From NCBI GenBank assembly GCA_032718475.1, contig JAUCBJ010008100.1:48612-112611 (forward strand): DNA of 64,000 nucleotides. The letters run 5' to 3'. Positions 53,000-64,000 of the stretch are shown here, piece by piece; position 1 is the first letter of the stretch, and each line of letters starts with the position of its first letter. Source of the DNA: Nemertoderma westbladi (lineage: Eukaryota; Animalia; Xenacoelomorpha). The notes beneath the pieces are model-generated. The model was given only the letters and a program-made list of their open reading frames with translations, was not told the origin of the DNA and ran no database searches. The translations under genes and the position numbers were made by a program.

Positions 53000-53865
53000 A
53001 CATCCGCGGAGACGTTGCACTAAACACGGTTTTACTCGCTATACTTGCGGGAGTTTCGAGCGAAATTTGTTTAACGTATCACCTACGCTCGTTCGACTCA
53101 GACGATCCTTAAATAAACCAATGATCAGAGTTTCGGAATACTCGATCAGATCTCCTCATTCCCTAGTGAGACCTCAGACTCTTGATCCTATTAGTATGAC
53201 GGATCCTCCCGAGCTGTACTCACTGCTCAAAGATCTAGTGTTACCTGAACGATTAGTCGGTGGCACCCCAGTTGTGGGCTTCTTAGATATTAGCCCATCC
53301 TACCTAGCCGGATTGGGACGCGGACATTTAATATCGCCGTTTAACCCTTACCATCGTCCCGGCTTAACACGATATAACCTGTCACCAAAGTGGCGGAGAA
53401 CGTTGTACCAAACGAGTTAAACGCTATTCTACAAAGATCAGAAAGGAAACCTGCGTTTGTTCAGATAAACGTAAGTTGTAACAGCAAGTCCAAGCGATAA
53501 ACGAATTGTCTTTATCTCAGTTCGATTGTGAAATCCAGAATCTCTAAGAAGATATCGAACTTAGACAACCCCATTCTCTGCGAGAGTTTTTGGATGAACG
53601 TATCCAGCTACGAGCGGAGGAAAATCAGCTCGAGGAGAAGCATATCGAAACGGCGGATACCCCGACCATAATCCTCCACCTTCTGATGCAATCATATTGC
53701 ACCCTTCACCCAGGATTTATAGCCCCCCTAGTAAAGTGGCTTGCCCCAAAGAGAAAAGGACTCTTGCTAGCCTCAAAAGGCTGCGTAAACGCCGTCCGCG
53801 TAAGAAAGACTAACTGTTTAGAGTATTTTTATATTTTAGAAACTGTGATTTGTTATATTTTATAG
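52875..53865 (+). other. Further sense ORFs X2/X3 in the 3' region (also 55059-55818 in copy B)
   Basis: ORFs 52875-53420 and 53590-53865 are conserved in frame in both copies; coding status unproven. Confidence 0.35.
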
Positions 53866-53883
53866 ACTTAAATCCCATTTTCT

Positions 53884-53891
53884 GGGAGCGG
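53884..53891 (+). other. Polypurine tract of copy C (GGGAGCGG); same at 55837-55844 for copy B
   Basis: Purine-rich motif directly abutting the TGT of each 3' LTR. Confidence 0.8.
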
Positions 53892-55053
53892 TGTAAAAGC
53901 TTTTGAGTCATTAACCGGTTATTTTCCCTTAAAGTACTCTGTAGTTGGTTTACCAGGCATAAAAAGGCCGTGTCCTTGCTGTACTGGTGTTTTAGAGGAC
54001 ATAAAAGTCATTTCTTCTGTATTCGTACTTTAGAGGACATAATCCGCAATCTCGTGACGCGATAAGCTAGATACTCTTGAAAACAGTGTCGCTACCATGA
54101 CGACGGCTAGCAGCTGATATTGCCATTGCCACGTCGACATTTCTTTGTTTCTTTGTTCTCTCGTTGTTTGGTTGACCAATCAGAGCGTTTTTTGTCTCTG
54201 TGTTGGAGGTGTATACAGAACTCAGTAGTTCAGTGTTATGTTTTTGCCCAGAGCCTAAGAACATCGGCTTTTGGCACCTCCGTATATCAGCATTCTTTAG
54301 CTTTACATTAGTAGGCTTAATTATAGAACGTATATCTGTTATCTAACCAAACCAATCTTATCATACATATCTATGCAATTCATATCTTACATTACTGCTT
54401 TTGCTGTCGGTTATTCATTATATTTGCTGATGAAATATTATATCGGAATACTGATCAATAGTCAGACACCCCACCTTCTTGATATACTAAAGGTTAGAGA
54501 GACCGGTTACGTATAAACGATTGTGACCTATGTTGAGTGGTTTGAAGTGAATCTAATGCTATTTCATATGCCCGACATAAATTGTCTGTTGCTCTCTTTA
54601 TACGTGACTAAATTTAGTGAAGGTCGGCAGATTAGTGTGCAGTATTGTGCAGCATTGTGTATGATTGTAACTGATAACAAAGCATCTCCTAAAGAATGCG
54701 CCATATACGTCAATCTATAGCCTTTTCGTTGTGTCTAGTTTAAGTCATAACTCTGTTTACATATTTAGAGCGCCACGTCCTAAAGGAACTGTTAATATTT
54801 CCCGAAAGTGAATAATATTTGTCAGAGATTATATATTACGATCAGTCGAATAATACAGTAGGCTTACACCATCAATCATTAAGCTCCGAACTCAGTCTCC
54901 CGGGTATATCCAACGGGTGAATGATTGCGCATAGACTGGCTTCGGCTAATGTAGTGTATCAAATACTCGTCATAAAGCTAAAGAATATATATCATCTAAA
55001 AGACATCCTAATTTGGCAGGTTAAACAGTCAAGGGTCTTCAAAAGCACAAACA
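53892..55053 (+). repeat. 3' LTR of BEL copy C
   Basis: Follows PPT; TG...CA; followed by TSD GACGA. Confidence 0.95.
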
Positions 55054-55844
55054 GACGATCCTTAAATAAACCAATGATCAGAGTTTCGGAATACTCGATC
55101 AGAACTCCTCATTCCCTAGTGAGACTTCAGACTCTTGATCCTATTAGTATGACGGATCCTCCCGAGCTGTACTCACTGCTCAAAGATCTAGTGTTACCTG
55201 AACAATTAGTCGGTGGCACCCCAGTTGTGGGCTTCCTAGATATTAGCCCATTCTACCTAACCGGATTGGGACGCGGACATTTAATATCGCCGTTTAACCC
55301 TTACCATCGTCCCGGCTTAACACGATATAACCTGTCACCAAAGTGGCGGAGAACGTTGTACCAAACGAGTTAAACGCTATTCTACAAAGATCAGAAAGGA
55401 AACCTGCGTTTGTTCAGATAAACGTAAGTTGTAACAGCAAGTCCAAGCGATAAACGAATTGTCTTTATCTCAGTTCGATTGTGAAATCCAGAATCTCTAA
55501 GAAGATATCGAACTTAGGCAACCCCATTCTCTGCGAGAGTTTTTGGATGAACGTATCCAGCTACGAGCGGAGGAAAATCAGCTCGAGGAGAAGCATATCG
55601 AAACGGCGGATACCCCGACCATAATCCTACACCTTCTGATGCAATCATATTGCACCCTTCACCCAGGATTTATAACCCTCCTAGTAAAGTGGCTCGCCCC
55701 AAAGAGAAAAGGACTCTTGCTAGCCTCAAAAAACTGCGTAAACGCCGTCTGCGTAAGAAAGACTAACGGTTTAGAGTATCTTTATATTTTAGAAACTGTG
55801 ATTTGTTATATTTTATAGACTTAAATCCCATTTTCTGGGAGCGG

Positions 55845-56989
55845 TGTAAAAGCTTTTGCGTAATTAGCCGGTTATTTTCCCCGTAAAGTACTCTGTGGTT
55901 GGTTTACCAGGCATAAAAAGGCCGTGTCCTTGCTGTACTGGTGTTTTAGAGGACATAAAAGCCATTTCTTCTGTATTTGTTCTTTAGAGGACATAATCCG
56001 CAATTTCGTGACGCAATAAGCTAGATACTCTTGAAAACAGTGTCGCTACCATGACGACGGCTAACAGCTGATATTGCCACGTCGACATTTCTTTGTTTCT
56101 TTGTTCTCTCGTTGTTCAGTCGACCAATCAGAGCGTTTTTTGTCTCTGTGTTGGAGGTGGATACAGAAACTCAGGAATTCAGTGTTATGTTTTTGCCCAG
56201 AGCCTAAGAACACCGGCTTTTGGCACCTCCGTGTTTCAGTCTTTAGCTTAACATTAGTAGGCTTAATTATAGAACGTATATCTGTTATCAATGCTTACTT
56301 AACATATCATACATATCTTACTTAACATTACTGCTTTGCTGTCGGTTATTCATTATATTTGGTGATGGAATATTATATTCGGAATACTGATAAACAATCA
56401 GACACCCCAATCTTCTTGATATACTAAAGGTTAGAGAGACCGGTTACATATAAACGATTGCGACTTATGTTAAGTGGTTTGAAGTGAATCTAATGCTATT
56501 TTATAGGCCCTACATGTATTGTCTGTTATTCTCTTTGTATGTGACTAAAATTAGTGAAGGTCGGCAGATTGGTGTGCAGCATTGTGCAGCATTGTGTATG
56601 ATTGTAACTGATAACAAAGCATCTCCTAAAGAATGCGCCATATACGTTAATCTATAGCCATTCCGTTGTGTCTAGTTTAAGTCATAACTCTGTTTACATA
56701 TTTAGAGCGCCACGTCCTAAAGGAACTGTTAATATTTCCCGAAAGTGAATAATATTTGTCAGAGATTATATATTACGATCAGTCGAATAATACAGTAGGC
56801 TTACACCATCAATCATTAAGCTTCCGAATTCAGTCTCCCGGGTATATCCAGCGGGTGAATGATTGCGCATAGACTGGCTTCGGCTAATGTAGTGTATCAA
56901 ATACTCGTCATAGGCTAAAGACTATCTATCATCTAAAAGACATCCTAATTTGGCAGGTTAAACTGTCAAAGGTCTTAAAAGCGCAAACA
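55845..56989 (+). repeat. 3' LTR of BEL copy B
   Basis: Follows PPT; TG...CA; followed by TSD CCCCT. Confidence 0.96.
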
Positions 56990-58214
56990 CCCCTCGACGG
57001 ACACGGCGGACAAAAAACCGTCATTTTTTCATCAATTTTAAAAATTTTTTGAAAGGCGCTCTACAGTGGCTCGAAAAAACCCTAGGTTATTGCTTAACCG
57101 ACGCCGGGATACGATAGAAGGGATTAATTAGTGAATTCGTTTTTTTTTTCAAAAAAGATTACCACGCCTTTTTCCCGAAATTGTCCGTCAAAGTTGAAAA
57201 AACGGACAAAATGGCTTTGCGGGATCCACTCTAACTCGGCTAATATTAATCGTACGGGGACGAAAGTAACGCCGCTGGAAAGGGGAAGAGTGGTACTACC
57301 TTTGTATCGAATGGGGGTACGATATTTATTAAAATTTCGGGTGGAAAAAGGGGCCGTAACTTTGTCCGTTTTTTCCATCTTTTTTACATAATTAATATTT
57401 CCAAAATTTTTAATTCGACAACGCTAGTAGGAATCTGCCAATTCTTTTTCGGAAAGCGTAGAAGACCACAGGGGCTACATTCCTATCGAATGGGGGTACA
57501 AAAAATATGTAGGCAAAGGGGTCCAAAAAGGGCCAGAAAATAATAAAAAGTTTATAACTAACAACTTTTTTATTTTTGACTCTAGAAGGTTAAAGTACAT
57601 TTTATACTTTTAATATCGATACGGGGAATCCAAATATTCGATTGGTTTTGCCGTGCAAATGATATTAAAAAAATGAGGGCCCAAATTAAAATTTCACGCT
57701 TCAAACTCGCTTCGCGGGAACTCGTCTAGCTCGAAAAAGACATAAGGTCTGGGAGACTTATTTAAACAGTCTTATAGAGCGTCAAATTATCTATCTTTCA
57801 ACGGTAGTTACAGCGCCATAGCTACCGGTATTATATAACTGGAGCGGCAGACGATCGTGTGAAATATACTACTTATAAAAAAGGGACGAAAAAATTTTTT
57901 TTTAATAAATCGCCATTACATTATAATTTAACTTTTTGCGACAAAAGTTCCTGTAAAATGTAGCAAATTAACTCCACTATCTTTTTCCTTAACATTAATA
58001 ATTAAAATAACGAGTTTTAAGGGTCGAAAAATATCGTGTAATTTTGGCCCTTTTTTTCATTTTTTTTGGGGCCAAAAATACCCCCTCTCAAAAGATAGAA
58101 AAAAAAATTACGGCAAAGAATATACCAATTTTATTGAATTTGGAGCACCAGAACCGAAGTTAGAGCGAATTTAGTCAAAAATTAAAAATATTTTTTTTGC
58201 AAAAAAATAACAAT

Positions 58215-58287
58215 GGTCAATATTGGGTTTCGAACCCACGAACTTAGGTATCGTTAACGTGATTGTTAACCACTAGACTACGTGACC
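58215..58287 (-). ncRNA. tRNA-like 73-nt sequence within E2
   Basis: GGTCACGTAGTCTAGTGGTT...GTGGGTTCGAAACCCAATATTGACC with a paired T-arm. Confidence 0.65.
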
Positions 58288-59789
58288 AAGAGAATTTGAA
58301 ATTTTCGAGTGATTATTTTTAAACATCAATAACTTTGGTTCTACAGGGCCGTTTGATCTGAAACTTTTTTCATTGGATAGAGGATAGATTGTAGTGTGTG
58401 AAATAGGATAAAACTTGGGAAAAGACGCATGTGCACTTAGTGCAATATGCACTTAAAAAGTACACATTTTTTCGTTATTTTAAACACTATTATTTCCAGT
58501 TCTATTCATCGTAGAATGTTATTTTTTGGATTAAAATGTAGTTTGGAGTGATTTCTAACTATAATCGTAACATTTGTTTAACGTTTTATGTATATAAAGT
58601 GATTTAAAATGCCCATGAATATGGTCCAAAATCGCAAATGTCGCGATTTATTAAATTGGATTTTTTACACTTTTAGTGACTGACACTTGATCATGCACCA
58701 TCGTAGATCGGTAGAGGATAAACATAAGTTTGTTAAATAAGAACCACCATTACGATCTGCTAAAGTGCACTTGTACAAATAAATGTGCAAAAGTGCAAAT
58801 TTTTTAATAAGGTCAAATTATATAGCATTGGGTTCTTTTCTTTGCAGATACTTTATTTTCATATTAATATGTTGTTTGGCTCAGACTGAGCGCATTAGGG
58901 ATAAGTGTACAAATAACCGGCCCTTATTAAGGCTTCAATTGGGTTAATAAATAAAACATAAGGTTATAATATTCTAAAAAACCAGTGTGATATTAAATGC
59001 ACTTTAAACAATAAATAGAGATCAATTAACAAATGGACCACACAAATAAAAAACTCGCACAATTTTGTACTTATTATATTGCTTCAAATTAATTCAACAG
59101 TGGATATTTGGGGGAAGGGGGAAGTTACAGTGTGCATTCGGGGGAAGTTTGGTGAACTGCATTTATGCAGTGAATCCAAACTTCCCCCTTTGAGATATCA
59201 TATACTTAAGACATGCTAGGTTGTCAGGGAAATAATTGTTACTGTCACACTTTGCTTCCATTTATCCTATCCTTTATTATTACCCCAGTCAGATAAGAGA
59301 TAATAATCAGTAAAAACCAAACTAAACTGTCTTTCATGCAAACAAATTTCTAATTAAAGACGGGTGAATGACCATGACCATGGAAATAATTTTAAATATA
59401 ATCGTATATCAACTATTTGGGGAGGCTTCCAAACCCGAAAACAATTATTTCGTTACATATATTATAGTAAATAACTTTGTATGTTCTTCTTCCTCTCATA
59501 ATAAAATGTATATGAAATATCTCTGATCGCTGTGCCCTGAACATTTCACAACCAAAATGTTTCAGTGTGAAAAGTATAGGCCTACCTACCACACCCCGCC
59601 CAAACAGCCGCAAACGCATAGCCAACAAATTTATAAAAAGTTTACATACATGTTGTGTTCATGACGAGATGAGTGAAAATTGAGCGCATAATATAAAGTA
59701 AAAAATTAAGAGACGGGCTGGCTCTCCTCAACTTTCTTACCCAATGGAAATGTTGTTGTTTTAATCTAATATTGGGGCGGCTTTCTCTC

Positions 59790-59862
59790 GGTCACATAGT
59801 CTAGTGGTTATCAATCACGTTAATGAAACCTAAGTTCGCGGGTTCGAAATCCAATATTGACC
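59790..59862 (+). ncRNA. tRNA-like 73-nt sequence within E0
   Basis: A box TAGTCTAGTGG, B box GGTTCGAAATCC, T-run about 13 nt downstream. Confidence 0.65.
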
Positions 59863-62800
59863 TGACCATTCTTAATTTTTTTGCAAAAAAAATTATTTTT
59901 ATTTTTTCACTAAAATCGCTCTATCTTCGGTTCTGGTGGTATAATAAAATTGGTATATTCTTTGCCGTAATTTTTTTCTTAATCTTTTGAGAAGGGGTTA
60001 TTTTTGGCCCCAAAAAAATAAAAAAAAAAGGGCCAAAATAACGCGATATTTTTCGACCCTTAAAATTCGTAATTTTAATTATATATGTTAAGATAAAAGA
60101 TAGCGGAGTTAATTTGATACTTTTTACAGGTACTTTTGGCGCAATACGCTAAATTATAATGGAATAGCGACTTGTTAAAAAAAAAAATTTTTCGTCCCTT
60201 TTTATTAATATTATATTTCACACGATCGCCTGCCGCTCCAGTTTTATAATACCTCCGGCGCTGTGATTAACGCTGTTAGATAGATAATTTAACGCACTAT
60301 AAGTCTGTGTAAACAAATCTCCCGTAAGTTAAGTAGTTTTCGAGCTAGACGATTTCCCGCGAAGCAAGTTTGACGCGCGAAATTATAATTTTGGCCCTCA
60401 TTTTTTTAATATCATCCTTGGAGCAAAACCGATAGCATATTTGAATTCCCCGTATGGATATTGACTGTATAGAATGTACCTTAACCAACTAAAGTTAAAA
60501 ATAAAAAATTATTCGATAAAAACTACTTTACAAATTCTGGCCCTTTTTGGCCCCTATTGCCGACATATTTTTTGTACCCCCATTCGATAGGAACGTAGCC
60601 CCAATGGTCTTCTACGAGTTTCATAAAAGAATTAGTGGATTCCTACCCGCGTTGTCGAATTAAACATTTCGGAAACAAGTTTTCCAAAAAAGACGGACAA
60701 AAACGTACAAATTTACAGCGCCTTTTTCCACCCGAAATTTTAATAAATATCTTACCCCCATTCGATACGAAGGTAGTACCACTCTTCCCCTTTCCAACCG
60801 CGTTAATTTCGTCCCCGTACGATTAATATTAGCCGAGTTATAGCGGATCCCGCAAAGTCATTTTGTCCGTTTTTTCAACTTTGACGGACATTTTCGGAAA
60901 AAAGGCGTGGTAACCTTTGTTGAAAAAAAAAACGAATTTACTAATTAATCCCTTCTATCGTATCCCGGCGTCGGCTAAGCAATAACCTAGGGTTTTTTCG
61001 AGCCACTGTAGAGCGCCTTTCAAAAAAATTTTAAAATTGTCGAAAAAATGACGGATTTTTGTCCGCCGTGTCCGTCGAAGGGTTAGATTTAATAATGTTA
61101 GAGTTGCTAATATCTTAGAATTCCGAGCCGCTCCCCTGGTGAGAAAATAAAAAAATTTGCTCTGTTCCTTCATCGAAAAGTCCCCCAGAATCCCAAGTTA
61201 ACCTATATAGTTAGCGATGGCCTGCGGCTTTAGGAGCGGCCGCGGTATTCACCTCCCTCATAGCGGCCGCGGCGGTGTTGCGTCAAATGGAGAAATATTT
61301 ATCCCACCTAGGTGCCCCCCTAGATTATATATTTGATTTTCAGTTTATTATAGGGGGGGTATATCCGTTTTTCCACATCCTAAATCTAATTCAAATATTA
61401 ACAATTTATTAAATTGTTCTAGAATATCCTATAATACCCCCCTACATTTTCTATAAACAGGTTACCTAAATTATATTCATGTATGTGCATATTGTAATGT
61501 AGTTAATTAAGAATATCAATACTTCTTTCTAGAATACAGTTATTTTAACATCAACAATTACCATGACAAACTTTGTTATAAATGCAAGCAAAAAATGATT
61601 AGTGTTATTTGTTGTTTGTCCACCATATCATTTCATAACTCTATTGTTAATTATAGATAACTCCAGATTGCACAAACATTTTATTTTTATTTTACTCTCT
61701 GCAGAGCAATAATCTAATAATACCTTAAATCAAAGTCTCTATTTGATTAAAATGTGATATTATAAAACTATTAATATAAAATTCCCGAATGTTGAGAATT
61801 TCTTCCATTACTAATACAGTATTATTATGTTATTTTTCATTTTCATTTAATTGATAAACTTCGTTAAAACTTACAGTGGAAGATATATCATACTTCCTGC
61901 ACAAATCATTATGACTGCATATTAAGGTCAGATTTCTTAAATTAAAAATATTATCGGGCTGGCACTTCATGAGCAACTTTAGTAATATTTAGTAAGATGA
62001 GAGATAGGCCGGCCACATTTAGATATAGTTATTCTTTGCAAAGCAGACTTATGTTTCAGCAGGAGCATTCCAATATTATATAAGAATACAGTAGGAATGA
62101 ATGTAGGTCGGGGGGGGGGGGGGGGGGGCTTGTTTATTATTGTTAGAGCGCTGCTGGCAAAACTGCTGGCGCAGGCCAGCAGCGTAAATATATGATTGGT
62201 AACAATATGAGAAATTAATCAACTTTATAAGAACGATGGAAATAAGAAGTCTTTGTATACACATCACTGTCCAGCAAGCAGTTTAATATGGATATTGAAA
62301 TATTTTAAGGCACTCCCATTAAATTATTGCTAATATTGTGAAATTGCGTGGTGAGTGGCTAATAACCAATTCAAAATCAATATCAAAACTCCTTTAGGCT
62401 TTCAAACACATTTAAATTAAAAATAAATTTATTTATTGCCACACTGATGCACCCAATCCATATCTGTGTAGTAATAGTACATCAGTCCATGTCTAACATT
62501 AAGGGCTCCTACAAACATTTTATATTATATAGTTCACACTGAAACCTAGGCCTAAGATTACATTATCAGAAAAATGTATAATTATAATAATAAAATAATA
62601 ATATTGTAATTTAATTATTTTAGGATCCAGTACAATGCGGCACACAAAGCACAACCACATGGCAAAAAGGTTTTACTGCGTATGAAACAGTTTAACAATT
62701 ATATTTCAACTGATAATCAATCACATCCTAACTGTGGATAATTTATCGTATCTGGCACATTTTTATTGAACTTCAAATACAGTACAGTACATTCATTTAT

Positions 62801-63645
62801 TTGTTACGATATTTATTCTAATAAAGTAAAACAGAGCCCACCTCCGGAACTACAGCAATTAAAATACAATGTAAACATACAGTTCGCGGCCACACAGTAG
62901 TTTAGTTGCTCTTTCAGTTCTGCAGTTGTTTTAGTTGGCCTGGTTTGTGCTTTCAGTAAGACAATCATAAATATTTGTTAGCGGCGCTATGCAAGCTATT
63001 GATGACAAACAAATGAATAGAATGGTGGGCCTATAATAAATATGTAAAGGTAAACCCGTTATATACTGACGCGGTGCAGCTCATTAATTACAGTAGGCTA
63101 TAGGAAAATAATCTTTATTTCAGTAACACGGGCAAATTATTAATGTTATTTTAGTGTACCGATAGTGGTAGTGTGTTATTAATGAACTGTAGTTGCGGCG
63201 CACTCTGAAGAACTCAGTTTAGTGTATGTAAGTAGCCAAATTTATATTTCTTATTAATTAAATTATTGTTGAAGAATGAATAAAAACGCAACCGCACAAC
63301 TGCTTTCAACTAACACTAAACACATAAAGTATTCATTTAACAATGCACAGACGCAGTACTGTTATCTGTAGCACAGGGCACTACGTGTTACATTACATAC
63401 AGTATTGTACAGGTTATAGTACATGCCACTAGCTATAAAATACAGTAAAAACAATCAAATATTACATTAATTATTGTTTAACAATGCTATAGGCCTTATT
63501 TGTGTACCGATAGCTACTGCACGGCATTCAGTAACTGTATTCCTGCCTATTTAATTATCTACATTCAGTAGTTTCCTTGACAATACTATGGTGGCCGACT
63601 GCTGCCACATAAACCATCAATGTCTAATAAAAATAATCGGTTAAA

Positions 63646-63877
63646 AAATCAATAAAAAAATTCAATAAAAAAAATTTCAATAAAAAATTTCAATAAAAAA
63701 TTTCAATAAAAAATTCAATAAAAAAAATTTCAATAAAAAAAATTAAAAAAAAATTAAATAAAAAAAAATTCAATAAAAAAATTCAATAAAAAAAATTTCA
63801 ATAAAAAAAAATTACAAAAAAAATTCAATAAAAAAATTCAATAAAAAAATTCAATAAAAAAAATTCAATAAAAAAAT
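63646..63877. repeat. A-rich simple repeat (TTCAATAAAAAAA)n
   Basis: Directly visible ~12-15-bp units with variable A-run. Confidence 0.95.
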
Positions 63878-64000
63878 ATGTTAAATTTTTTTCTTAAACC
63901 CACCGTGGCCTACAGCTGCCAGGTATTCATTTAATACTAACCACAGCGAAATCCACAGCTCGGCCACAGCGAAATAGAAAAAAAAATTGCAAAGTAAAAT

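Larger units (their letters stand above)
39201..55053 (+). mobile_element. BEL/Pao LTR retrotransposon copy C, full length (15.85 kb), nested in copy B
   Basis: LTR pair; TSD GACGA at 39196-39200 and 55054-55058; empty site ACTCA-GACGA-TCCTT seen at 53096-53110. Confidence 0.96.
28676..56989 (+). mobile_element. BEL/Pao LTR retrotransposon copy B, non-autonomous deletion derivative (internal 29815-39200 + 55059-55844)
   Basis: Near-identical TG...CA LTRs; 5-bp TSD CCCCT at 28671-28675 and 56990-56994; empty site visible in E1 near 23420. Confidence 0.96.
28445..59789 (+). mobile_element. Element E, copy E2 (28445-28675 + 56995-59789), interrupted by BEL copy B
   Basis: Same termini as E1; about 3026 bp after removing the BEL insertion; more diverged subfamily. 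Confidence 0.9.
22388..61308 (-). mobile_element. Unclassified ~3.03-kb element E, copy E0 (outermost), split into 22388-23193, 26222-28444 and 59790-61308
   Basis: The three pieces joined (minus the L2 insert) equal the reverse complement of 23194-26221 with no gap or overlap. Strand label is relative to E1/E2. Confidence 0.88.

Noticed and set aside
53471-53520. 50-nt GTAAGT...CAG intron joining accessory ORFs
   Set aside because: Splice-like ends are present in both copies, but removal does not give a clear continuous ORF by hand; needs RNA data.
52304-53865. env gene
   Set aside because: No signal peptide, fusion peptide or transmembrane anchor recognisable.
28676-56989. Tandem BEL array or assembly duplication
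   Set aside because: Two distinct LTR pairs, each with its own TSD, and diverged internal sequences show true nesting.
59790-59862. Functional tRNA gene
   Set aside because: Anticodon and acceptor stems are imperfect and the sequence is embedded in a repeat; treated as tRNA-derived.
22388-61308. Shufflon-like multi-segment inversion system (order C' A B C B' A B C A')
   Set aside because: More simply explained by two whole copies (ABC) inserted into one inverted copy (C'B'A'); the segment borders are just insertion points.
61309-64000. Gene or exon in the final AT-rich region
   Set aside because: Only a short ORF driven by a poly-G run and simple repeats; no supportable coding feature.

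Overview
AT-rich eukaryotic (animal-like) DNA that is almost entirely nested transposable elements and tandem repeats, with one intact host gene: an intronless long-chain acyl-CoA ligase of the ACSBG/bubblegum family (12496-14592). Left part: a minus-strand BEL/Pao LTR retrotransposon (1-6592) carrying two non-autonomous DNA transposons and itself inserted in a decayed hAT element (6593-9292, with a 36-bp minisatellite). A 5.6-kb 64-bp satellite follows the host gene. Positions 22388-61308 are one four-level nest. An unclassified ~3.03-kb non-coding element ('E': no TIRs, no TSD, target C|NAG, internal tRNA-like gene) received two inverted copies of itself and an L2 LINE. One E copy received a BEL/Pao element (28676-56989, TSD CCCCT) whose intact Gag-protease ORF lost RT/RNase H and integrase through two in-frame deletions. 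That element in turn received a full-length but disrupted sister copy (39201-55053, TSD GACGA). The BEL family is unusual: no conserved PBS after the 1.15-kb LTR, an internal PPT/short LTR-like/PBS-like block after pol, extra 3' ORFs, and a dense A/G mismatch cluster resembling ADAR hyper-editing. All alignments and counts were made by eye.
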